The notes below the pieces were generated by a model. The model did no database searches. It was not told the DNA's origin and worked only from the letters and a program-made list of their open reading frames with translations. A DNA stretch of 64,000 nucleotides, from positions 1-64,000 of the forward strand of contig JAQBHB010000093.1 in the NCBI GenBank assembly GCA_032128115.1, written 5' to 3'. Source of the DNA: Deltaproteobacteria bacterium (lineage in GTDB: Bacteria; Myxococcota_A; UBA9160; SMWR01). Below, piece by piece: positions 43,364-51,532 of this stretch (positions are counted from its first letter, which is position 1; each line of letters opens with the position of its first letter). Made by a program: the position numbers and the translations under genes.

Positions 43364-44377
43364 TCAGCGCAACAGCACGTCGCAGGCCTGGCGGATGCGC
43401 CGGATCAGCCTTCCGAAGGCGTTGTGGTGGATGTTGCGACGCAAAACGATCAACAGCTTGCGTTCGAGCTTGTATCGAGACAGACCGCCGGCTCTGGAGC
43501 GCGCCGCCCCGGTGTCGACGGCGGCCAGCTGGGCCTCCAACTCGTCGCGAGGGTAGCCCCAGGTCGAGAGGTCCTCATCGCTGAGGCTCGCAAGGATGCG
43601 TTGAGCGCGTTCCACTGCGCCCGGGTTGCCGGCCATGTCCTGCTGCCAGCGCGAGATCGAAGCGGTGATGGGTCGCTTCTCGCGCGCCACGGTGATGGGG
43701 TCGCCCAGTCCGCGCACCGACCGGGCGGCGCCGGCATCGCTGCTGCCGTAATCCACCATTCCCGGCTCGAACTCGAGCCCGGCGAACTGACACAGCGTCC
43801 GCATCTGGGCGTCCGGCTCCGCGACCAGCTCCTCGTAGCGCACCTGGTGCACGGGGGCCGGGCGTTCGCGCAGGAAGCGCGCCATGGCCGGGACGTAGCG
43901 CTCGAGCAACGGGTTGTGATCGTGGGCGGCTTCGTGGTCGCCGTCGAAGAAGGACTGGACGAACGACGACCATATCGCCAATGGATTTCGCGTGAGCACC
44001 ACGTAACGGGAGCGCGGATACAGCCGTGCCGCGAAGTCGAGGACCAATGCGTAGGCCGGAGTCTTGTCAAGCAGCACGCGACGTCCGGATGCCTCGAGCA
44101 GACGCGAGTAGATGGCGTCCGTGTAGGCCCGAAGCGAGGCCAGGTAGTCCTGTTCTCCATCGGGCAGGGCGGCCACCAGCTCTCGAATCGCCGCGCGGGT
44201 GATGATGGGATCGTACGGCGCCTGCTGGACGCTCTCGTAGTAGCCCAGGTGTGCCAGGGGCGTCAGCAGGTGAGGCTCGGGTGGAGAGGCCACGGCCGAG
44301 TGGGCGCCAAGCATCCGCGCCAGCAGGGTGGACCCGGACCGCGGCGGTCCGATGACGAAGAGGATCTGTTCGTCCAC
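43364..44377 (-). CDS. PAPS-dependent sulfotransferase
   Basis: FVIGPPRSGSTLL (5'-PSB), EPH, DKTP.Y, RNP...WSS, VRYEELV.EP. Confidence 0.9.
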   Translation of the reverse strand: MDEQILFVIGPPRSGSTLLARMLGAHSAVASPPEPHLLTPLAHLGYYESVQQAPYDPIITRAAIRELVAALPDGEQDYLASLRAYTDAIYSRLLEASGRRVLLDKTPAYALVLDFAARLYPRSRYVVLTRNPLAIWSSFVQSFFDGDHEAAHDHNPLLERYVPAMARFLRERPAPVHQVRYEELVAEPDAQMRTLCQFAGLEFEPGMVDYGSSDAGAARSVRGLGDPITVAREKRPITASISRWQQDMAGNPGAVERAQRILASLSDEDLSTWGYPRDELEAQLAAVDTGAARSRAGGLSRYKLERKLLIVLRRNIHHNAFGRLIRRIRQACDVLLR

Positions 44378-44385
44378 GCCGGAGC

Positions 44386-45741
44386 TCAGCTGTCGAAGCC
44401 GTTTTCCGCCGCGACGCGCCCGTACCAGCGGCCCGACTCCTTGAGGGTCCGCTCGGTCCCGGGAAAGTCCACCCAGGCCAGCCCGAATCGTTGGCGGTAG
44501 CCCTCGGACCACTCGAAGTTGTCCAGCAGTGTCCAGGCGTGATAGCCGCGCACGTCCGCTCCGTCTGCGATGGCCCGGGCCACTGCAGCCAGGTAGCCGC
44601 GATAGAAATCGATGCGCCGGCTGTCGCGGATCGTTCCCGACGCGTCCGGGGCGTCCGCATACGAGCAGCCGTTCTCGGTGATCTCGATGACGGGCCGGTC
44701 GTAGTCGCGGGTGATGCGCTGGATCATGTCGTAGAGCGCGTCCGGCCAGACCTCCCAGCCGAAGTCGGTTTTCGGACCCTCGTCGCCCCCCATGGGCCCC
44801 ACGGCCTGGGCGCCCACGCCGTAGGGGTCGTCAGGATTCGCGGCCACCAGGGTGCGCGTGTAGAGATTGATCCCGATGAAATCGAGCGGCGTGCGCAGCG
44901 ACTCCAGGTCGCCGTCGCGCACTCCCATGCGGTCCAGGGGAACACCGTCCACGAAGGCGTCCGGGTAGCGACCGTTCAACGCCGTCTCCAGGTACCAGAG
45001 GTTCACGAGCGCGTGCCAGCGCTCGGCCGCGCTGGCGTCGGCCTCCGAGTCGCCGGCCGGCTCGCAGCTGGACATGCTGAAGGCGGTTCCAATCACCGCG
45101 TCCCCGCGCACGGAGCGCATGGCCCGGAAGGCCTCGGCCTGGGCCCGGTTCACCGTGTGGCTGGCGCGCAGGAAGGCATCCAGGTCCCGGCGCCCGGGCG
45201 CGTGGATGCCGGCCAGGTAGCCCATGACCGTGAAGATCGTGGGCTCGTTGAAGATCATCCAGTTCTCGACCCGGTCGCCCAGGGCCCTGACCACGGTCTC
45301 GGCGTAATCGGCAAAGTGCCCGGCCATGTCGCGTTCAGGCCAGCCGCCGCGATCCTCCAGGGGCTGGGGCAGGTCCCAGTGATAAAGAGTGGGAAAGGGG
45401 CGGATCCCCGCCCCGAGCAGTTCGTCCACCAGGCGGCTGTAGTAGTCGATTCCCTTGGCGTTGACCGCGCCCGATCCGGTGGGGAGGATGCGGGGCCAGG
45501 AGATCGAGAACCGATAGCTGTTGAGGTTCATCTCCTTCATCAGGGAGATGTCGTCGTCGTAGCGGTGGTAGGAATCACAGGCCACGTCGCCCGTGTCGCC
45601 GTTCTCGACCCGGCCCGGGGTGTGGGTGAAGCGATCCCAGATCGACTCGCCCTTGCCGTCGTCCCGCCAGGCTCCCTCGATCTGGTAGGAAGCCGTGGCC
45701 GTGCCCCAGTGGAAGCCTTCGGGAAAGCGTACCCGCGTCAT
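44386..45741 (-). CDS. GH1 beta-glucosidase
   Basis: FPEGFHWGTATASYQIEG, YRFSISWPRI, TLYHWDLP, FNEP (acid/base), ITENG (nucleophile), DNFEW.EGY..RFG. Confidence 0.96.
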   Translation of the reverse strand: MTRVRFPEGFHWGTATASYQIEGAWRDDGKGESIWDRFTHTPGRVENGDTGDVACDSYHRYDDDISLMKEMNLNSYRFSISWPRILPTGSGAVNAKGIDYYSRLVDELLGAGIRPFPTLYHWDLPQPLEDRGGWPERDMAGHFADYAETVVRALGDRVENWMIFNEPTIFTVMGYLAGIHAPGRRDLDAFLRASHTVNRAQAEAFRAMRSVRGDAVIGTAFSMSSCEPAGDSEADASAAERWHALVNLWYLETALNGRYPDAFVDGVPLDRMGVRDGDLESLRTPLDFIGINLYTRTLVAANPDDPYGVGAQAVGPMGGDEGPKTDFGWEVWPDALYDMIQRITRDYDRPVIEITENGCSYADAPDASGTIRDSRRIDFYRGYLAAVARAIADGADVRGYHAWTLLDNFEWSEGYRQRFGLAWVDFPGTERTLKESGRWYGRVAAENGFDS

Positions 45742-45848
45742 CTGTCACCTCTCCTCTGGCGGCGCCGAGGAAATCATCATACTCGCCGGCGCGGGCCCGG
45801 GCTCCCAGGGGGCTCCCATTTCTGTAGCTTCGCGGGTCAGGTGTTGCG

Positions 45849-46928
45849 GTGAGCGGGGAGCAGAAGCGCCGAAGCGAGCGGGCCAAGGGCCTGGCCCTGG
45901 CCCTGGGCTTCGACCTGGCCGGCGTGGCCCGCGCACTTCCCACTCCCGAAACCGAGTTCCTGCGCGATTGGTTGGCGCGCGGCTATGCAGGCGAGATGGG
46001 TTATCTGGCCCGACGGGTCGACGAGCGGGTGGATCCGCGTCGCGTTCTCGAAGGGGCTCGCAGCGTGGTGGCGGTGGGTCTCGTTTACGACCCGGGACCC
46101 CGCGATCCGACCCGCCCGGGGGAGGGCGACGTGGCTCGCTACGCCGGGGGCGAGGACTACCACGACGTGATGGGCGATCGCCTGCGCGCCCTGGAATCGG
46201 GCCTCGAGGCCCTCGTGCCCGAGCCGGTCCGGACCCGCAGCTATGTGGACACCGGCCCGGTCCAGGAACGGGTCTTCGCGGCCCATGCCGGACTGGGATG
46301 GATCGGCAAGAACACGTGCCTGATCCATCCAGCTCTGGGGTCGTACGTGTTCCTCGGCGTGGTGCTCACCGACCTGGAGATGGAGCCTGACGCCCGCGAA
46401 CCGGACCACTGCGGCAGCTGCCGCGCCTGCCTCGACGCGTGTCCGACCGATGCGTTTGCCGCGCCCCATGTGCTCGATGCCACCCGCTGCATCTCGTACA
46501 CCACGATCGAAGCGCGGGGGGCCATCGATCCGGCGCTTCGGTCGGGGCAGGGCGACCGGGTGTTCGGCTGCGACGTGTGTCAGGAAGTGTGCCCCTGGAA
46601 CCTGCGCGAACGCCGCCAGGTGCCACCCGATACCCAGGGGCTGCGCCGGAGGCTGCGGCCGCGTCCCGAGTGGGTGCGGCCCTCCTTGCGCTGGATCCTG
46701 GAGCTTTCGGAAGAAGAATGGCGGGGCGCTACGCACGCCACGGCCGTGGGCCGTGCTCGCTTCCGCGGCCTGATGCGCAATGCCCTGGTGGCCGCCGGCA
46801 ACTCGGGCGATGGGAAGCTCGCAGACTCCATCCGCCGCCATGTCCAGGGAGGCGACCCGTTGCTGGAAGAGCACGCGCGTTGGGCACTCGATCGGCTTGG
46901 CGAGGTCGCGGAGGGTCGACCCGACTGA
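45849..46928 (+). CDS. queG: Epoxyqueuosine reductase
   Basis: GYAGEM.YL, VARYA.G.DYH, VDTGPV.ER, GWIGKN, CGSCRACLDACPT, CISY.TIE, FGCDVCQEVCPWN. Confidence 0.95.
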   Translation: MSGEQKRRSERAKGLALALGFDLAGVARALPTPETEFLRDWLARGYAGEMGYLARRVDERVDPRRVLEGARSVVAVGLVYDPGPRDPTRPGEGDVARYAGGEDYHDVMGDRLRALESGLEALVPEPVRTRSYVDTGPVQERVFAAHAGLGWIGKNTCLIHPALGSYVFLGVVLTDLEMEPDAREPDHCGSCRACLDACPTDAFAAPHVLDATRCISYTTIEARGAIDPALRSGQGDRVFGCDVCQEVCPWNLRERRQVPPDTQGLRRRLRPRPEWVRPSLRWILELSEEEWRGATHATAVGRARFRGLMRNALVAAGNSGDGKLADSIRRHVQGGDPLLEEHARWALDRLGEVAEGRPD

Positions 46929-46945
46929 GCCCGAGATCAGCGGCG

Positions 46946-47005
46946 CTCCCTTCGGGCTGCCAGCTCTCCCTTCGGGCTACCAGCTCTCCCTTCGGGCTAC
47001 CAACT
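46946..47005. repeat. 20-bp tandem repeat x3 (ctcccttcgggctaccagct)
   Basis: Units at 46946, 46966 and 46986; spans the methyltransferase stop codon. Confidence 0.9.
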
Positions 47006-47516
47006 GGGCGACGGCTTTCGGCCGGTCGCCCTCGGTGAGCCCCTCCCAGAAGTGGAGCACTGCCAGGTCGGGGAACAGCTCCCGAAGCTCGCCCGGCCTC
47101 AACAGGAAGTCGGGGTTGCTCGGGCCCCAGCCCAGCTCCGGCTGGCGGGTCGTAAAGGTCTCGTAGAGCAGCAGCCCGCCCGGTGCGAGCAGGTCGCTGA
47201 GGCCTGGCGCCAGCGCGCGAAACAGGAAGCGAAACACGAGAATTACTCCACAACTACCTGATCGGATAGGGATTCCATGCCCGCTCTCGAGATCGGCTCG
47301 GACCGGATGAATGGGCAGGTGGTGCTGGCGAGCGGTGTTTTGCAGCGCGGCCAGCGCTTCCGGATCTCGATCCAGGGCCACTACGCGCGCGCCCAGCTCG
47401 GCTGCGGCCAGGGCGTGGCGACCACGTCCACAAGCCAAGTCGAGGACGGGGCCTCGAGCCGCTGCTTCGGCCAGACGCGATGACTCGGACCGAAGGAACG
47501 CGGAGGCCGCGGTCAC
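46977..47516 (-). CDS. Class I SAM-dependent methyltransferase (TehB-like)
   Basis: VLDLACGRGRH, ALD, ADLE, LAPGGLLLYETF, FLLRPGEL. Confidence 0.88.
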   Translation of the reverse strand: MTAASAFLRSESSRLAEAAARGPVLDLACGRGRHALAAAELGARVVALDRDPEALAALQNTARQHHLPIHPVRADLESGHGIPIRSGSCGVILVFRFLFRALAPGLSDLLAPGGLLLYETFTTRQPELGWGPSNPDFLLRPGELRELFPDLAVLHFWEGLTEGDRPKAVAQLVARRESW

Positions 47517-48328
47517 CCCGCGCTCGTTGCTCGCGCTTCCAGCAGGCCCGCCATCCGGGCCGGGTGGTCGGTCACCAGGCCGTCGACGCCCAGGTCGAGG
47601 AGCGCCTGCATCTCATCGGTTTCGTTGATGGTCCACACGTGCACGACCAGCCCGTGGGCGTGGGCGTGCTCGACAAAGAGCGGCGTCACGAGAGGGCGCT
47701 CGCCGAATGCGGCGGGGACCTGGAGCGCCATGGGCCCGGCCTTGGGCGCCGCGGCGTCCTGGGCCGAGCGGATGAAGTCGGTCACGTCCCGGGTGCAGGC
47801 GCCCTGGGCCACGCGCGATCCGCTGGCTTCGATCTGGGTGCGAAGGTCGAGCATCAAGGCGTCTTCCGCGGCGGTGAGCAGGGTGCGGTCCTCGCGGTCG
47901 GCCTTCGCCACCACTTCCAGGGTTCGCGTCACCAGGCCCGGAAGATCTTCCTTGAGTTCCAGGTTGAAACGCGCGCCCGGAAAGGCCTCCAGCGCCTCGA
48001 GAAGTGTAGGGATCACGAGACCTCGACCCCGGAACGGATGGCTCCTGCCGCCATCTGGCGTGAAGCGATAGCCCGCGTCGAGCCGCCGAAGCTCCTCCAG
48101 CGAGAAGTCCGCCACCCGGCCTTCGCCGTTGGTGTTGCGGTCGACCCGGTGGTCGTGGAGGAGCACCGGGACGCCGTCGCGGGTCAGGTGCACGTCGCTC
48201 TCGAGGATCGCAGCGCCCGCGGCCAGGCCCCGCGCAAACGATGCCAGGGTGTTCTCGGGTACCTCGCCGGCGCAGCCGCGATGGCCAATTACCGTGGGAA
48301 CCGCGATGTCGAAGAAGGGATGGGCCAC
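47513..48328 (-). CDS. Glycerophosphodiester phosphodiesterase
   Basis: IGHRG, PENT, ESDVHLTRDG..V.LHD, NLELK, HVWTIN, GVDGLVTD.P. Confidence 0.93.
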   Translation of the reverse strand: MAHPFFDIAVPTVIGHRGCAGEVPENTLASFARGLAAGAAILESDVHLTRDGVPVLLHDHRVDRNTNGEGRVADFSLEELRRLDAGYRFTPDGGRSHPFRGRGLVIPTLLEALEAFPGARFNLELKEDLPGLVTRTLEVVAKADREDRTLLTAAEDALMLDLRTQIEASGSRVAQGACTRDVTDFIRSAQDAAAPKAGPMALQVPAAFGERPLVTPLFVEHAHAHGLVVHVWTINETDEMQALLDLGVDGLVTDHPARMAGLLEARATSAG

Positions 48329-48354
48329 GCCGATACGGTATCATGCGGCGCCCC

Positions 48355-48867
48355 ATGACCGTTCTCACGCGCGATGCGATTGTCGCCGAGCTCGATGCGG
48401 GGCGCGTCCAGATCTCCCCGTTCTCCCTCGACCAGCTGGGGGCCGCCTCCATCGACCTGACCCTGGGTGACGAGATCCGCGTGATCCAGCTCGACGCCAA
48501 ACCCATTGAGCTGCGCGACGATGCGGACTATCGCAACCACACCCGCATCGAACGCCTGGACGAGCCCTACGTGCTTGAGCCGGGTTGCACGATCCACGGA
48601 ATCACCAGGGAGCGCATCGTCCTGCCGCCCAATCTGTGCGGATTTCTCGAGGGAAGAAGTCGCTTTGCACGCCTGGGTCTGATGATCCACGTGACGTCTG
48701 CGTTCGTGCAGCCGGGGGTCGCGAACCGCCAGGTGTTGGAGATGAGCAATGTTTCCGGCCAGGCGCTCCGGATCCATCCGGGTGTGCGCCTGTGCCAGCT
48801 GGTCCTGATGCGCACGGAGGGTGAGGCCCGCTACAGCGGCCGCTTCGCGCAGCAGGATTCCCTGTAG
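48355..48867 (+). CDS. dcd: dCTP deaminase
   Basis: ASIDLTLG, T.ERI.LP, EGRSRFARLGL.IHVT, LEMSN, CQL, YSGRF..Q. Confidence 0.88.
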   Translation: MTVLTRDAIVAELDAGRVQISPFSLDQLGAASIDLTLGDEIRVIQLDAKPIELRDDADYRNHTRIERLDEPYVLEPGCTIHGITRERIVLPPNLCGFLEGRSRFARLGLMIHVTSAFVQPGVANRQVLEMSNVSGQALRIHPGVRLCQLVLMRTEGEARYSGRFAQQDSL

Positions 48868-49006
48868 GCTTGGCTCCACCCGCGGAGGCTTGACTCCACC
48901 CGCGGTAGCGGCATCATCACGCGCGGGGGGAATTCAATCCGGATCGTCCGGACAAGTTCTGGCAGCCGTGGGCCTGGTCCCGCAGCGAGCCGGTGAGGGG
49001 GGGGCT

Positions 49007-49372
49007 GTGACCGAATCGAGAAGACTCTGCCTTGCGCTTCTGACCTGTGCGTGCCTGTTGGCGCATCCGGGGTTCGCGCAGGCCAACGACGAGAATCTGG
49101 GCGAGGAAGGCGGGTGGGGTGCGCTCGCCGCTGTGAGTACGCTGGTCTACGGACCCGTGAAGGTCTGCTACGCGACGCTGGGTCTTGTGATCGGCGGCAT
49201 GGCGTGGGGCCTGACGGGAGGCGACGGTGAGGTGATGAAAACCGTCATCACCTCGAGCGTACGCGGTGACTACGTAGTGACTCCGGACCATCTGCGTGGG
49301 ACCAGGAGCCTGGAGTTCCTGGGCCGCGATCCGGCGTATCGGAACTCGGAGGTGGTCGCCGACTCCTGGTAG
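49007..49372 (+). CDS. Hypothetical exported/membrane protein
   Basis: Signal peptide; YGPVK..YA.LG and GDYVVTP.HL.G...LEF.G segments. Confidence 0.65.
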   Translation: MTESRRLCLALLTCACLLAHPGFAQANDENLGEEGGWGALAAVSTLVYGPVKVCYATLGLVIGGMAWGLTGGDGEVMKTVITSSVRGDYVVTPDHLRGTRSLEFLGRDPAYRNSEVVADSW

Positions 49373-49468
49373 GAGTTCGAAGGGAGCCCCTCCCCCTAGG
49401 GGGCTTCTGGCACCCCCTAAGGGGATTCTGGCGCCCGCTGCCGCGAGCGGCGATCCTGTCCGGGCGTC

Positions 49469-50242
49469 ATGGCAGAACTGACCTCTCACGCGTATCTCGC
49501 GTTTGCGGCTGGCGTGTTGTCGGTGTTGTCTCCGTGTGTCCTTCCGCTGATGCCGGCGTACCTGTCGTTGGTGTCCGGTATTTCCGTGGAGGAGATGCGG
49601 CAGGGCGCCGGCGGCTCGGTTTTGCGTTCCCGGGTCTTGAAGGCCTGCCTGGGCTTCATCGCCGGCTTCTCCACGGTCTTCATCGTCATGGGCGTGGGCG
49701 CGGTCATGGTGGGCCACGTCCTGCGCACCTGGCGTGCCGAGGTATTCGGGATCGAGTTCGGGGCCGCGCAGATCGCGGGTGCCCTGATCGTCCTGTTGGG
49801 CTTGCACATGACGGGGATCACCCCGATCCGCGCGCTCTATCGCGACACGCGCTTCGCGGTGAACCTCAAGCAGCGCAGTGTGCTCAGCGCCTACCTGGTG
49901 GGGGCGGGCTTTTCCCTGGGCTGGTCGCCGTGCATCGGGCCGATCCTGGCGGGCATCCTGGGCATTGCGGGTTCGCGCGACACGGTGGTGGAAGGCGTGA
50001 TGCTATTGACGATCTATTCCGCGGGGCTCGGAATTCCGTTCTTGATCGCGGGTTGGAGCATCGAGTACTTCTTCCAGGCGTTCGACCGGATCAAGCGCCA
50101 CTTCCGCATGCTCGAGATCGCCTCCGGTGTGATCTTGATGGGAGTGGGATTGTTGATGGCGACGGATCAGTTCACGCGCCTCAACAGTGAGTTCAGATTC
50201 ATGAATGACCTGGTCAACGCAGCCGAGAAATGGCTTCAATGA
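49469..50242 (+). CDS. ccdA: Cytochrome c biogenesis protein CcdA
   Basis: AGVLSVLSPCVLPLMPAYLS and GWSPCIGPIL Cys pair; YSAGLGIPF. Confidence 0.93.
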   Translation: MAELTSHAYLAFAAGVLSVLSPCVLPLMPAYLSLVSGISVEEMRQGAGGSVLRSRVLKACLGFIAGFSTVFIVMGVGAVMVGHVLRTWRAEVFGIEFGAAQIAGALIVLLGLHMTGITPIRALYRDTRFAVNLKQRSVLSAYLVGAGFSLGWSPCIGPILAGILGIAGSRDTVVEGVMLLTIYSAGLGIPFLIAGWSIEYFFQAFDRIKRHFRMLEIASGVILMGVGLLMATDQFTRLNSEFRFMNDLVNAAEKWLQ

Positions 50243-50751
50243 GGCGACGCCTGTGGGTGGGTGTGCTGGGGCTGGCACTGGGGCTTGCCGCGTGCTCGCC
50301 GGTCGGGGAGGGCGGACGCGGCACGGGTGAGCCCGCTCCGGACTTCACGCTGCAGGATCTGAACGGCGTGCCGGTGACCCTGGCGGAGTTCCTGGGCAAG
50401 ACCGTCATCATCGACTTCTGGGCCACCTGGTGCCCACCCTGCCTCTTCCAGGTCCCGGAGCTCAACGAGTTCTGGGCTGCCCACAAGGACGGGGGCGAGG
50501 TCATGGTCCTCGGCGTGGCGGTCGACGTGGAGGGGGCCGAAATCGTGGGGCCCTGGGTGGCGGAGCAGAAGGTGGCGTACCGCATCCTGCTGGGGGAGGA
50601 GTCGCTGGCTCGGGAATTCGGAGCCATGGGCTTCCCCACGCTGGTGGTGGTGACACCCGACGGCCAGGTGGAATCGCGTCACGTGGGCCTGATGGAGGTG
50701 GCCGAGCTCGAGGAGATCCTGGCCGAGATCCAGGGCCGAGGCGCCACCTAA
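50239..50751 (+). CDS. TlpA/ResA thiol-disulfide oxidoreductase lipoprotein
   Basis: Lipobox LAAC; APDFTL.DL.G, DFWATWCPPC, FPT. Confidence 0.92.
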   Translation: MRRRLWVGVLGLALGLAACSPVGEGGRGTGEPAPDFTLQDLNGVPVTLAEFLGKTVIIDFWATWCPPCLFQVPELNEFWAAHKDGGEVMVLGVAVDVEGAEIVGPWVAEQKVAYRILLGEESLAREFGAMGFPTLVVVTPDGQVESRHVGLMEVAELEEILAEIQGRGAT

Positions 50752-50794
50752 AGGCCGCGGGGCGGAGCGCCGAAACCGCCCGCTGGGGGGATCC

Positions 50795-51436
50795 GTGGCA
50801 TCCGCAGCTGCATCCGAAGCCGGCGATACGGCTTCCCGCGCCGAATACCAGCGCCTGGTGGACGCGGGCGACGTCATCTTCGCCGAGGGTGACCCGGGCG
50901 ATCACCTGTACGTGATCCGGAGAGGCGAGGTGGAGCTCTCCCGGATGAGCTCGGATGGAGAGCAACCCCTGGCCCGGCTGGGGCCCGGAGACTTCTTCGG
51001 AGAGCTGGGGGTGGTGCTCGGCGAGCCGCTGCCCATGCGCGCCACCGCCGTCAAGCGCACCATCCTGCTCAAGCTCGACCGCGAAACCCTCGAATCCATG
51101 TGCATGGCCCAGCCCGAGATCGGGATCCGCATGATCCGGGTGCTGGCCTCCCGCCTGATCCAGTCGGAGCGCAAGCTCTGGGCCCTGGCGGCAGACGCCC
51201 AGGTGCGGCCGGTGGTCCGCGCGCTGTTGCGCCATGCCCTGCCCGCCGAGGGAGGCAAGGGCATCATGATTCCCCTCAGCCTGCGGAACCTGGCGGAGGA
51301 GGCGGGCCTCTCCATGATCGCGGCCTATCGGGGGCTGCACCGGCTCCTGGACCGGAAGCTGGTGAAGCTGACGGACGATTGCCTTCACGCCCCGGACGTG
51401 GAGGCCCTTTCGGCCGCCGTCGACAGGCCGGATTAG
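50795..51436 (+). CDS. Crp/Fnr-family regulator (cNMP-binding domain + HTH)
   Basis: IF.EGDPGD.LYVI..GEVE, LGPGDFFGE; C-terminal HTH-like LRNLAEEAGLS. Confidence 0.82.
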   Translation: MASAAASEAGDTASRAEYQRLVDAGDVIFAEGDPGDHLYVIRRGEVELSRMSSDGEQPLARLGPGDFFGELGVVLGEPLPMRATAVKRTILLKLDRETLESMCMAQPEIGIRMIRVLASRLIQSERKLWALAADAQVRPVVRALLRHALPAEGGKGIMIPLSLRNLAEEAGLSMIAAYRGLHRLLDRKLVKLTDDCLHAPDVEALSAAVDRPD

Positions 51437-51469
51437 CGCCCGGTCCCCTGGTTTCCCGGGGGGCCCCTC

Positions 51470-51502
51470 CAGTTCCCATTCAGCTCCCATTCAGCTCCCA
51501 TT
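51470..51502. repeat. 11-bp tandem repeat x3 (cagctcccatt)
   Basis: Intergenic, upstream of lptD. Confidence 0.85.
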
Positions 51503-51532
51503 CGTTGACCCCGCGGGAATGCCTTTGATAGC

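Noticed and set aside
46946..47005. Mini-CRISPR or REP element
   Set aside because: Units are contiguous without spacers and I saw no other copy in the window.
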